From a virus (taxonomy: Duplodnaviria; Caudoviricetes): a stretch of 33,856 bases of DNA. The stretch's first letter is position 1, and each line of letters begins with the position of its first letter. Both the position numbers and the translations under genes were made by a program. The stretch covers positions 1 through 33,856 of IMG/VR virus record IMGVR_UViG_3300025103_000079, one strand, 5' to 3'. Shown here piece after piece: positions 6,877-16,320 of this stretch. A model generated the notes under the pieces. The model ran no database searches and was not told where the DNA came from. It saw nothing but the letters and a program-made list of their open reading frames with translations.

Positions 6877-6998
6877 TGTTTATAATCTATACTTATTTAT
6901 CTAATTCATGGATCTATTTTAAGCTGGTGATTCTTAGGTATCGCGATATTTATAATAGTAATCCTGTACAGGGATTAATTTTAGAAAAGGAGTTTTAA
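6876..6998 (+). CDS. Possible small ORF (40 aa)
   Basis: MFIIYTYLSNSWIYFKLVILRYRDIYNSNPVQGLILEKEF. It is TAATG-coupled and spans the gap exactly, but it overlaps a late promoter and SD. Confidence 0.3.
   Translation: MFIIYTYLSNSWIYFKLVILRYRDIYNSNPVQGLILEKEF
6946..6953 (+). promoter_or_regulatory. Putative late promoter ATATTTAT
   Basis: Octamer followed by a small hairpin (AATCC...GGATT) and AAAGGAG. Confidence 0.65.
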
Positions 6999-6999
6999 C

Positions 7000-7179
7000 A
7001 TGGGACAAGTAAGAGATAAAGATGAAATTTTGCGACGGTTAGATGAGGCAGATAATATGTCACAAATGATTGTCGATTTAGCAAGTAAAAAAGCTATCGA
7101 TACGAATGAAGCTGTAAGGCGATTAAATGAAATCAGACGTAGAATTCAATTTGCTATGGAGCGCATTAGCATTCAATAA
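7000..7179 (+). CDS. Small helical hypothetical protein (59 aa), absent from the ORF track
   Basis: MGQVRDKDEILRRLDEADNMSQMIVDLASKKAIDTNEAVRRLNEIRRRIQFAMERISIQ, with a strong AAGGAG 7 nt upstream. Confidence 0.85.
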   Translation: MGQVRDKDEILRRLDEADNMSQMIVDLASKKAIDTNEAVRRLNEIRRRIQFAMERISIQ

Positions 7180-7196
7180 TTTATTTTCCGGAAGTA

Positions 7197-8177
7197 ATGG
7201 AACGTAAACTACTTCCTATACTAGTAATAATATCTGCCGTAGCCGTTTCATTATCAGCTGCGTTCTATTCAGTTACTGGATTAGGTAAAATGTTTGCTGG
7301 TGCTAGCATGCAGGTTATTATTATGACCAGCACCCTCGAGATAGCTAAACTAGTAGTAGCCTCATTATTATACCAGTATTGGGATAAGTTAGGTAAGTTC
7401 CTAAAGACATATCTAACAATTGCAGTTGGGGTATTGATGATTATTACCTCAGGTGGTATATATGGTTACCTATCAGCCGCATATTCAGAGACCTCTAATA
7501 AACTAGAGGTGATAGATAAGAATGTAGCCGTATATGACCTTAAACGAAGTCGATACCAGGTTCAATTAGATGATATAAGCATTGAAAGGCAATCCTTAAC
7601 AGAAAGTATTAGGGAATTATCTCGAGGCTTATCCAACAATGTAATACAATATAAAGATGAAGAAGGTAATATTATTACTACAACTTCAAGTGCTACGCGT
7701 AAGGTATTAGAGCGGCAGTTAGATGATTCAAAGGTACAGCGAGATAAATTATCATTGCGAGAAGAAGCTTTAACAGATTCTATAACTCGGATTGACTTAA
7801 TTAAATTAGACATGGAAACCGATTCTGATATAGCAGCTGAGATTGGTCCATTAAAGTATATTGCCGAATTAACAGGTAAAACAATAGACCAGGTAGTGAA
7901 TTGGTTTATAATTGCATTAATGCTAGTATTCGATCCATTAGCAGTAGCATTAGTAATTGCTGCTAATACTATATTTTATAACACTAAAAAAGAAGATATG
8001 TTAGAAGAAAAAAATACTCCGACGGAATTTGATGAAGATGATGCTTTAGACCAAGTCTTAAATAGCATGGTTGAAGATATCGATGAAGAGGCACCTCTCA
8101 TCGAGGAAAATGTAATTGAAGAAAAAGAAGCTAAGCCGGCAGTGCCGACTAAAACAAGAAGTGTATCTAGTTACTAA
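7197..8177 (+). CDS. Multi-pass membrane protein with a central coiled coil
   Basis: Three N-terminal hydrophobic segments, a heptad-rich region, a fourth TM (NWFIIALMLVFDPLAVALVIAA) and an acidic tail. Confidence 0.85.
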   Translation: MERKLLPILVIISAVAVSLSAAFYSVTGLGKMFAGASMQVIIMTSTLEIAKLVVASLLYQYWDKLGKFLKTYLTIAVGVLMIITSGGIYGYLSAAYSETSNKLEVIDKNVAVYDLKRSRYQVQLDDISIERQSLTESIRELSRGLSNNVIQYKDEEGNIITTTSSATRKVLERQLDDSKVQRDKLSLREEALTDSITRIDLIKLDMETDSDIAAEIGPLKYIAELTGKTIDQVVNWFIIALMLVFDPLAVALVIAANTIFYNTKKEDMLEEKNTPTEFDEDDALDQVLNSMVEDIDEEAPLIEENVIEEKEAKPAVPTKTRSVSSY

Positions 8178-8191
8178 ATCAATAAAAAGTT

Positions 8192-8380
8192 ATGGCAAAA
8201 AAATCAAAGTATAATTTCAAAACAAAAACTATCAATGGCGATCGTCATATGATATGTCGTGGATCTGATAAAGAAGATAAATACTACCGGTATTCATTAT
8301 GTGATAAGTATGTTAGAGCCACGGATGATGTAGTAGCAGTATTATGCTCTACCTGCGTTACAAAGCATTTGGAACTTTAA
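8192..8380 (+). CDS. Small Cys-containing protein (possible Zn ribbon)
   Basis: Four cysteines, including a C-terminal CSTC. Confidence 0.65.
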   Translation: MAKKSKYNFKTKTINGDRHMICRGSDKEDKYYRYSLCDKYVRATDDVVAVLCSTCVTKHLEL

Positions 8381-8399
8381 TATTATTTTATTATATTGT
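8368..8399 (+). promoter_or_regulatory. Putative host-type promoter (TTTG-N20-TATATTGT)
   Basis: TTTG at 8368-8371 and TATATTGT at 8392-8399, 17 nt before ATG 8417. Confidence 0.6.
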
Positions 8400-8416
8400 T
8401 TATTAAATAAAGATAT

Positions 8417-9166
8417 ATGAAACTAACAGCTGAACAAATACAAGAGAATTGGAACCGTTTAAGAACTATTATAAACAAAGAGTTTCCAGATAGAGCAGAA
8501 GCTCTAAACGTTATATATGATGAATTTGAAGAACGCATTATGTTAATGCCTGCTTCAAGTATGGAACATTTCCATAATGCATTTCCGGGTGGTTATGTAG
8601 ACCACATATTACGTGTATATGATTGTGCCGCTACGGTTTATAATTCATGGGAAGCAATGGGATCGGATATGTCTGGATATGACATGAACGAACTTAAGTT
8701 TGCCGCTATTCATCACGATCTCGGTAAAGTAGGTTGGCCAGGTAAGAATGGTGAAATATATATTCCAAATGATTCTGAATGGCATCGTAAGAATCAAGGA
8801 CGCATCTATAAAGTGAACCCAGAGAATCCATTTGCAATGGTACCTGATTTAGGTTTATGGATGTTACAGCAATATAATGTAAAAGTATCTTGGAATGAAT
8901 ACCAGGCCATTCGTATCCATGATGGATTATATGATGAATCGAATAAACCATATTATATATCTAGATTTCCAGATTCCAGATTAAGAGTTAGTTTGCCAAT
9001 TGTGTTGCATCATGCAGACCATATGGCATCCGTTATAGAATATGAAAGATGGAAGACGGGTAGTAGTAATGCACCTAAAAAGGCACCGGTTAAAAAAATA
9101 AATGCTAAATCAATATCATCATCCGATAATAAAGTTGATGATATCTTTAAAGGGTTATTTGAATGA
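8417..9166 (+). CDS. HD-domain phosphohydrolase, YhaM-like HD domain
   Basis: PAS...H.AFPGGYVDH, HHDLGK, IRIHDG and LHHADHMAS. Confidence 0.85.
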   Translation: MKLTAEQIQENWNRLRTIINKEFPDRAEALNVIYDEFEERIMLMPASSMEHFHNAFPGGYVDHILRVYDCAATVYNSWEAMGSDMSGYDMNELKFAAIHHDLGKVGWPGKNGEIYIPNDSEWHRKNQGRIYKVNPENPFAMVPDLGLWMLQQYNVKVSWNEYQAIRIHDGLYDESNKPYYISRFPDSRLRVSLPIVLHHADHMASVIEYERWKTGSSNAPKKAPVKKINAKSISSSDNKVDDIFKGLFE

Positions 9167-9468
9167 TAGAATGGGCACTAGGTATAGTATCAGTAATATT
9201 AGTTATATTAATTCCAATTATAATTAATCTATTACGCAAATTAGAAAATGTGGAAGAATATGTTGAACAATTAGAATCATCTAATTCTAGATATGAAGTA
9301 TTCTTTGAATCAGTACGTAAAAAATCAAATAATAATTATTCATATATACGTCAATTAGATCGTATAGGTTCCTTTGAAGCAGATGATGAGACCGGAGTAA
9401 TCTTTAATACGCTTAAAGATATTGTAGAAGAATTAAACAAAGAATTTGATGGGGCGGAAGAAAACTAA
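9163..9468 (+). CDS. N-terminally membrane-anchored hypothetical protein
   Basis: Hydrophobic N-terminus followed by a coiled coil, with an ATGA overlap. Confidence 0.8.
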   Translation: MIEWALGIVSVILVILIPIIINLLRKLENVEEYVEQLESSNSRYEVFFESVRKKSNNNYSYIRQLDRIGSFEADDETGVIFNTLKDIVEELNKEFDGAEEN

Positions 9469-10147
9469 GAATTTTTATTTCACACAAGAAACAGAGGATG
9501 CTATTATCTTATATAATAAGACAGAAGATTCTGTACAACGTTCAAAAATATATAAGGAACATATCAAGTATCCATTTGATAAGTTAACAGAAAATATCAT
9601 ACATACTTTTAAATTTTATTATTTCGATGTTCCATCCGAGGATGTGCAACACGAAGTTGTTGCATTTTTAAACGAAAAGATACATAAATTCCAAGAAGGT
9701 AAAGGTAAAGCCTTTTCATACTTTTCTATCATCGCAAAGAATTATCTAATCATTCAGAACAATACGAACTACAAGCGAATGAAGCGTAAAGCGGAATTGG
9801 TTGAGATTGATGACCAACGTAATCTGACTTCAGAAATGGGGTATACAGATTATCAGGAACAATTGAAAGATTTTATTAATTTATATGTTGAATGGTATGA
9901 TGAGAATCTGAATAAAGTATTTACCAACCGCAAGGATATTGCCGTAGCGGATTCGGTATTAGAATTATTCCGTATACGTGATAACATTGAAAATTTCAAT
10001 AAGAAAGCATTGTATATTCTTATTCGAGAAAGAACCGGATTCAAAACTCAAAACATAACTCGAGTTATCAATGTAATGAAGTCTGACTTCAAACGAATGT
10101 TCCTTAATTATCAACAAACAGGTAGGATGCATCAGAATACAATCTAA
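9449..10147 (+). CDS. Phage RNA polymerase sigma factor (sigma70 region 2, T4 gp55-like late sigma)
   Basis: EDVQHEVVAFLNEKIHKFQEGKGKAFSYFSIIAKNYLI resembles region 2.2-2.4 (F...K..AFSYF). It lies immediately before the structural module. Confidence 0.7.
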   Translation: MGRKKTKNFYFTQETEDAIILYNKTEDSVQRSKIYKEHIKYPFDKLTENIIHTFKFYYFDVPSEDVQHEVVAFLNEKIHKFQEGKGKAFSYFSIIAKNYLIIQNNTNYKRMKRKAELVEIDDQRNLTSEMGYTDYQEQLKDFINLYVEWYDENLNKVFTNRKDIAVADSVLELFRIRDNIENFNKKALYILIRERTGFKTQNITRVINVMKSDFKRMFLNYQQTGRMHQNTI

Positions 10148-10149
10148 CC

Positions 10150-10157
10150 ATATTTAT
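10150..10157 (+). promoter_or_regulatory. Putative late promoter ATATTTAT
   Basis: Intergenic octamer followed by AAAGGG and ATG 10172. Confidence 0.75.
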
Positions 10158-10171
10158 AATAAAGGGTTAGT

Positions 10172-10534
10172 ATGAATTCGGAATTCGAACTATTTAACGG
10201 TACTACATTTTCGGATCTTATGAAAGATATCTATCATAATTCCAAAAAGAAAGACCGGCAAATAACCACCTTAATACAAGAATTAAGACCTCTTATTAAG
10301 AATATAGGAGATGCTACTATAATAGCTCCTATAATGAAAGAGTATCTAGATGTTCAAGTTAAAAACGACGATCATCTAGTTAAACTAGCTGCAATCGTGC
10401 AGCGATTAGTATCAACATCCAGTAAGGCCTCAGATGTAGGTGATGATTTTGGTATGACTGAACTTGAACGCGAAAGGTTAATGCAAGCCGCGGAAGAAGA
10501 ATTAGCTCAGATTCAAAAGGAGAATGAAGAGTGA
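10172..10534 (+). CDS. Hypothetical helical protein (120 aa)
   Basis: First ORF of the late operon. Confidence 0.8.
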   Translation: MNSEFELFNGTTFSDLMKDIYHNSKKKDRQITTLIQELRPLIKNIGDATIIAPIMKEYLDVQVKNDDHLVKLAAIVQRLVSTSSKASDVGDDFGMTELERERLMQAAEEELAQIQKENEE

Positions 10535-11574
10535 ATGCAAATTTCTTCTATGCTGAAGTAGTTGAGACTCCTGATGATTTTGGTGATAGGTTTAAGGCTC
10601 CTAACAGCCCAGCACCCGTGCCACTACTTCCGCCAGAAGTAAACAACCTAATATCCGTACGGCCTTTGAGTTCAAGAAACTCAAGTATTATTAATGGCAT
10701 TCGACCATTTAACAAATATGGATTCACTGTACCTATAATAGGTGAGGTAGTTTTGATATGTACCGGACCGGGTGAAGCAACGGATACGCTAGTATATGAC
10801 ACTCAATATTATTATCTCAATACGGTTAATATATTCAATAATCAAAATATTAATCCTACGCCTGGGACATATTGGTTTAAGGCGGCAAATGACAACCGTA
10901 CAGAACAGTTCGATTGGAACGTAGGTAAGTGTAAGTCCTCACCATCATGGGAGGAGGAAGACCGTGTATCGTCCTTACAACCATATGAAGGTGATATAAT
11001 ATTTAGTAGCCGATTTGGCTCTGGATTAAGATTTTCTACCAGCTGGACTAAAGGTCGTACCGAATATTCAAATAAACCATGTGGTATATTTCAAGGAGGT
11101 AACAAATCGCCAATTACGATATTATCCAATGGATGGAAAAAGGATGGTGATAATAAAACCGTTAACGAAGATTTTGATGCTACAAAAAGTTTAATAGTAT
11201 TAACTAGCGATCAAAAGTTACCAAAATTCAAATCAGCTCAATCTAACTTAGGTGTCGTGGCTGGGGTACAGCCTAGTTCAACATATTCCGGCGCGCAGGT
11301 AGTAATTACATCGGACCGATTGGTATTCAATAGCAAGAAAGATGAGGTTATATTATCAGCTAAGAAAACAGTAACAGTTGCAACTCCGAATTGGGCAATG
11401 GATTTAGATGAATTATTTACTGTACTAGAAGATTTAATATCATTGCTCCAGGAACAAGCATCTGCTAGCCCACAGTATCAATATTTAACAGGTACCGGTC
11501 CAACGGTTGGTGCGCCAGGTGCCGTACCTGAGTTGACACTGTTATTAGGTCAGCTTAAAGCAATGCGACAATAA
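10531..11574 (+). CDS. Baseplate central spike/hub, gp5/gpV-like
   Basis: OB-fold-like VPIIGEVVLI, beta-repeat-like EGDIIFSSRFGSGLRF and QVVITSDRLVFNSK, and position upstream of gp25/gp6. Confidence 0.65.
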   Translation: MNANFFYAEVVETPDDFGDRFKAPNSPAPVPLLPPEVNNLISVRPLSSRNSSIINGIRPFNKYGFTVPIIGEVVLICTGPGEATDTLVYDTQYYYLNTVNIFNNQNINPTPGTYWFKAANDNRTEQFDWNVGKCKSSPSWEEEDRVSSLQPYEGDIIFSSRFGSGLRFSTSWTKGRTEYSNKPCGIFQGGNKSPITILSNGWKKDGDNKTVNEDFDATKSLIVLTSDQKLPKFKSAQSNLGVVAGVQPSSTYSGAQVVITSDRLVFNSKKDEVILSAKKTVTVATPNWAMDLDELFTVLEDLISLLQEQASASPQYQYLTGTGPTVGAPGAVPELTLLLGQLKAMRQ

Positions 11575-12269
11575 TGCCGGCACAGTGGAATACATTTGAA
11601 CAATCCGTTGCTGCATATTTTAGAACGGCGCCCGCGGGTAGCGCGAAAGAATCTGCGAAATTTCTAGCCGCACAATACTTAATCGCAACAGCTCCGGCAC
11701 AGACACAATTCGGCCAAACAACATTAGTACCGAAGATTGATATATTAATAAATGCATTTGAAGGAGTATTTAGTGCTAATGAAAAATCTGCAGAGTCAAC
11801 CACTCCTAGCTCATATTCAGGGTTAGCTAATGGTATAATAAAGTATTGGAGTCCCGGTGGGGTCATTCTTAATCCATTTCCAGCAGCACCACCAACAATA
11901 GCTCCAGTAGTAGCAGGATTCTTTATTCCAAATATACAATTTAACGATATCATGGATCAAGCAATGGCTGATAGCACTGTTCCTATAAACGAAAATGAGT
12001 TGCGAAATGCAATTACTGGTGGTCCAATCGTAGGCGATCCACTAGTTGCAATACCTAGCCCTATAGTATTATTTCCAGGAGTACCACAACAATTAGAGGC
12101 GGAATTAATGTTAGCATTTACTCCTGGTAATACTCATGAACAATCAGCTCAATTATTGGCACAAGCATTCCGTAACCATTTATCTACGCTGTTTGGCATT
12201 TATATAGGATTTATGCCTCCAGGCAGTACATTACCGATAAATATTATCACCTGGTCTGGAATCACCTAA
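11574..12269 (+). CDS. Pro/Ala-rich baseplate-associated hypothetical protein
   Basis: TAATG-coupled to the spike gene. Confidence 0.7.
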   Translation: MPAQWNTFEQSVAAYFRTAPAGSAKESAKFLAAQYLIATAPAQTQFGQTTLVPKIDILINAFEGVFSANEKSAESTTPSSYSGLANGIIKYWSPGGVILNPFPAAPPTIAPVVAGFFIPNIQFNDIMDQAMADSTVPINENELRNAITGGPIVGDPLVAIPSPIVLFPGVPQQLEAELMLAFTPGNTHEQSAQLLAQAFRNHLSTLFGIYIGFMPPGSTLPINIITWSGIT

Positions 12270-12283
12270 ACTACACTATACAT

Positions 12284-12291
12284 ATATTTAT
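12284..12291 (+). promoter_or_regulatory. Putative late promoter ATATTTAT
   Basis: Intergenic octamer followed by AAAGGA and ATG 12307. Confidence 0.75.
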
Positions 12292-12306
12292 AAAAAAGGA
12301 AGACTC

Positions 12307-12786
12307 ATGGATAGCAAATCATTTGTTAAAGTTATGCGAAAATTAATTAGTGAAGAAGTACGAAAGGCCGTCAGGGCTGAAATGCGTACACTTCTTAAAG
12401 AACAAAAAACGGATCATAGAAAAAGTATGAAACATGGCATGGATATGTACCAAGAAACACGTACACCAAAGCCAGTATCTAGAAAAAGAGATACATCCTT
12501 TACTAAAGATTCTGTTTTAAATGATTTATTAAATGAAACAGCATTAACAATGAATCCTAAGGAAATGTATGGTGATCAACCAATGGTATCACAAGATACA
12601 TTGTCTTTTGGTAGCAATGACGCTCAAGGATTTGGTATGATGAGACAACATGTTCAGCAACCCGTAACTGATATTAATGATAATCCAGTTGATACTTCAA
12701 ATGTAAAAGTAGCAGCGGTAGTTGATAATATTACAAAAGATTATTCTGCGTTGATGTCAGCAATCAATAAAAAGAAAGGTAGTTGA
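12307..12786 (+). CDS. Hypothetical protein (159 aa)
   Basis: ORF with a late promoter and SD-like motif. Confidence 0.8.
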   Translation: MDSKSFVKVMRKLISEEVRKAVRAEMRTLLKEQKTDHRKSMKHGMDMYQETRTPKPVSRKRDTSFTKDSVLNDLLNETALTMNPKEMYGDQPMVSQDTLSFGSNDAQGFGMMRQHVQQPVTDINDNPVDTSNVKVAAVVDNITKDYSALMSAINKKKGS

Positions 12787-12789
12787 TAA

Positions 12790-13299
12790 GTGGCTAGAGA
12801 AACATTTACATATCAACCATTAGACCTCGAGCCAGATGTAGGCATAGGAGTTGCATTACCATTTAATAATGCTGCAGGCGGCCGGACCGCGACACAAGCA
12901 TATAATGCTAATACCGGAGGCGGATCTGTTTTCTCTACAACATATACAACAGAAGCCCAAGCGATTTCAAACTTAAAGAACTTATTGTTAACTCGTCGAG
13001 GTGAAAGATTTATGTTGCCAACCTTTGGTAGTCCAGTACCTGATTATGTATTTGGTAATATTACAGCAGGGGGTGGCATTGCAATTACACCGGACGAAGT
13101 TTCTGATATTGAAGGTGATTTGACAGAAGTAATTAATTTCTGGCTGCCTTATATTATATTAGATGAAGTTACGGCAGAAGTATATCCAGATGAGAATACG
13201 GTGCGTATAAGTATAGTATTCCGAGTAACCGAACGAGGTGCTAATAGAAGAATAGTATTATTTCAGTCTGATACAGCGGCTGATATTATAGAGGAATAA
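12790..13299 (+). CDS. Baseplate wedge / sheath initiator, gp25/GPW-like
   Basis: NLKNLLLTRRGERFMLPTFGS signature and WLPYI. GTG start. Confidence 0.9.
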   Translation: MARETFTYQPLDLEPDVGIGVALPFNNAAGGRTATQAYNANTGGGSVFSTTYTTEAQAISNLKNLLLTRRGERFMLPTFGSPVPDYVFGNITAGGGIAITPDEVSDIEGDLTEVINFWLPYIILDEVTAEVYPDENTVRISIVFRVTERGANRRIVLFQSDTAADIIEE

Positions 13300-13301
13300 A
13301 A

Positions 13302-15185
13302 ATGCCGGAATATGTAGAAAAGGACGTAAAGTATTTAAATAAAGATTTTGGGCAGTTTAGAGCTAACCTGATTAACTTTACTAAAAACTATTTTCCTAAT
13401 ACTTATAATGATTTTAACGAGTCATCGCCAGGAATGATGTTTTTGGAAATGGCTTCATATGTAGGAGACGTTCTTTCATATTACACTGATTATTCTTTAA
13501 AGGAAACATTATTACCATATGCTCAAGAAACCGAAAACATGTTACGGTTATCTCAGTTCTATGGTGTACAGACACGTAATGTAGCTTCATCAGTTGCTAA
13601 ATTAGATGTTTTCCAGACCGTACCGGCAATTGGAACTGGTACCGCTGCTAGACCAGATTACCGGTATGCATTGGAAATGGATGAGAATATGATTGTTAGT
13701 ACTAATGGTGCTACAAAATTTCGTACATTAGATGTTGTTGACTTTCATCAGTCTGGCAGCAATTCTGGATTAGATGTTTCTGTATATAGTGTTGACGGGA
13801 CAGGTAATGTTGATTTCTATCTTCTTAAGAAGCAAGTAGATGTTATTTCGGGTACTCAAAAAACCGTAACCTTTACTTTCGGTGATCCAAAAATATATGA
13901 TAAGATAGCATTGCCAGATGATAATATTATTGAAATTGTTAGTATGACCGATGATTCTGGTAACCGATGGAGAGAAGTACCATTCTTAGGCCAGGATACA
14001 ATATTTGAAAGTATTCGTAATATATCTTACAATGATCCGGTATTATCGGCAAACCGGTCTACCGCTCCATATATACTTAAATTAACACGTACTCCACATC
14101 GATTTGTTAGTCGGTTGAGAGATGATGGTAGAGTTGAGATTCAATTTGGCGCTGGTATTAGTAGTGGTGTTAATGAAGCTATTATACCAAATCCAACTAA
14201 TGTCGGATTATCATTACCAGTCATATCACGTACTACCGATGCCGCCTTAGATCCATCTAATTTCTTATATACTGATACATATGGATTAGCACCTAACAAT
14301 ATTACATTAACCGTTACTTATACAGTAGGTAAAGGTATAGATGATAATGTAGGTGCAAATGAAATTACCAATGTAGATTCTGTTACTTATTTAACGAGTG
14401 TTGATGGCGTAGATGCTACATTGTTACAAAATGCTAAAGATAGCATTGCGGTTAATAATCCTACACCAGCCACCGGCGGTTCTAATTTACCACCAGTAGA
14501 AACATTACGTCAAAATATTATAGGTAATTTTGCTTCTCAATATAGATCAGTAACAAAAGAAGATTATATAATGCGTATATATGCGATGCCTGCTAAATAT
14601 GGTAGCGTTGAAAAGGCTTATATAGCACCTGATAGCCAGTTAAATACGGCAGATAGAGAATATCCGAGAGATGTAATTGCAAACCAATTAGGATTAGATG
14701 TTTACCTATTAGGATTTGATGCAAATAAAAATTTAGTACCAGTTAATAATGTTGTAAAAGAAAATTTACGAACTTATTTATCTAATTACCGAATATTAAC
14801 AGATGCATTAAGTATTAAAGATGCATTTATTATTAATGTTCAAATTGAGTTTGAGATTATAACAAGACCTGATTATAATTCAAATGAAGTATTATTAAGA
14901 TGTTTATCTGTATTGCGTGAAAAATTTAGCAATGATCGTAATCAAGTTAATGGTCCGATTAGTATTAGTAACTGCATGACAGATTTAGATAAGGTCGAAG
15001 GTGTACAGTCAGTCGTTGAATTTGAAGTAAAAAATGTATTTGATACAAATGCGGGTTATAGTGGTAATGTTTATGATATCAAAGCCGCGACACGTAACAA
15101 TATAATATATCCTTCTTTAGATCCATCTATATTCGAAGTTAAATATCCGAATACAGATATCAAAGGAAGAGTTGTTAAATTATAA
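13302..15185 (+). CDS. Baseplate wedge subunit, T4 gp6 / baseplate J-like
   Basis: KDF..FR..LI, SPGMMFLEMASYVGDVLSYY, EIQFG, ATGG...E..R and QYRSVTKEDY. Confidence 0.9.
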   Translation: MPEYVEKDVKYLNKDFGQFRANLINFTKNYFPNTYNDFNESSPGMMFLEMASYVGDVLSYYTDYSLKETLLPYAQETENMLRLSQFYGVQTRNVASSVAKLDVFQTVPAIGTGTAARPDYRYALEMDENMIVSTNGATKFRTLDVVDFHQSGSNSGLDVSVYSVDGTGNVDFYLLKKQVDVISGTQKTVTFTFGDPKIYDKIALPDDNIIEIVSMTDDSGNRWREVPFLGQDTIFESIRNISYNDPVLSANRSTAPYILKLTRTPHRFVSRLRDDGRVEIQFGAGISSGVNEAIIPNPTNVGLSLPVISRTTDAALDPSNFLYTDTYGLAPNNITLTVTYTVGKGIDDNVGANEITNVDSVTYLTSVDGVDATLLQNAKDSIAVNNPTPATGGSNLPPVETLRQNIIGNFASQYRSVTKEDYIMRIYAMPAKYGSVEKAYIAPDSQLNTADREYPRDVIANQLGLDVYLLGFDANKNLVPVNNVVKENLRTYLSNYRILTDALSIKDAFIINVQIEFEIITRPDYNSNEVLLRCLSVLREKFSNDRNQVNGPISISNCMTDLDKVEGVQSVVEFEVKNVFDTNAGYSGNVYDIKAATRNNIIYPSLDPSIFEVKYPNTDIKGRVVKL

Positions 15186-15198
15186 AGGAAGATAGCAA

Positions 15199-16320
15199 AT
15201 GTATCAATTATTTTATCCAAAACGCGATACAACATTATATGAACGGTATGAAACAAAAAATACCGGAGTAGATCCGATATTGGAATTAACTAAAATTTCA
15301 TCCGGATCTCCTAATGATGGTAATATTGCATTAAATACTTTCAATACTAGAATCTTAATGGATTTTGGTCCTGAGATAACAACAATATCATCTTCAATAT
15401 CAAGTGGTGATATAGGAGCCAATGCTCAATTTTATTTAAATCTACGAGCTACGGATTCTGAAGATCTTCCTATTGAATATACACTTGAAGCTTATGCCAT
15501 ATCTCAATCATGGGTTAACGGCACCGGTAATGAAGCTGATATTCCTATTACGACAAATGGTGCATCCTGGCAATACCGTACCTCGGAAGCAGTTGGTACT
15601 GAATGGTTAACATCTGGATATGCAAATGGCTCAACAGGCTCAAATGGTGTATCGACTGCGGGTGGTGGTACATGGTATACGGGATCCGGGGCATCTCAGA
15701 CATTTAATTATGAAGCGCCTGATATCAGAATGAATGTAACAGATATTGTTAGAGAATGGGTCTCTGGTTCATTTGCAAATAATGGATTTATTGTTAAACG
15801 ATCTGAATCAGAAGAACAATCAGGTGAGCCGTTAGGTAGTTTGAAATTCTTTGGCAAGGATACACATACAATATATGTTCCTCGATTAGAGGCCGCATGG
15901 GATAATTCAAATTTATCCGGTACTGGTTCATATACCGAAATTAGTTCCGAGTCATATGTATTGAATTTTAAAAATATACGAAAAGAATATTTCGCTGATG
16001 GTCGTGCTAAATTTAGAATAGCAGTTAGACCAGAATTTCCGAGCAAGTCTTATGTTACTAGTTCATTTTATTTAACGGAAAACCGCTTACCAACTTCATC
16101 ATTCTATTCAGTAAAAGATACTGTTACCAATGAAACGATTATACCATATGATACATCTGCCACTCGTATTAGTTGTGACGCCAATGGTAACTATATTGAT
16201 TTGCGATTAAATACATTCCAGCCAGAACGGTATTATAAATTTGCGCTTAAAGTAGAAAGGTCTGGTGGAGATGATGTACAGATACATGATGATGGATTTT
16301 ATTTTAAGGTTACTAGATAA
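15199..16320 (+). CDS. Virion structural protein (DNRLRE-like beta domain)
   Basis: DTTLYE, NVTDIVREW...NNGFIVK and PRLE motifs, within the baseplate operon. Confidence 0.65.
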   Translation: MYQLFYPKRDTTLYERYETKNTGVDPILELTKISSGSPNDGNIALNTFNTRILMDFGPEITTISSSISSGDIGANAQFYLNLRATDSEDLPIEYTLEAYAISQSWVNGTGNEADIPITTNGASWQYRTSEAVGTEWLTSGYANGSTGSNGVSTAGGGTWYTGSGASQTFNYEAPDIRMNVTDIVREWVSGSFANNGFIVKRSESEEQSGEPLGSLKFFGKDTHTIYVPRLEAAWDNSNLSGTGSYTEISSESYVLNFKNIRKEYFADGRAKFRIAVRPEFPSKSYVTSSFYLTENRLPTSSFYSVKDTVTNETIIPYDTSATRISCDANGNYIDLRLNTFQPERYYKFALKVERSGGDDVQIHDDGFYFKVTR

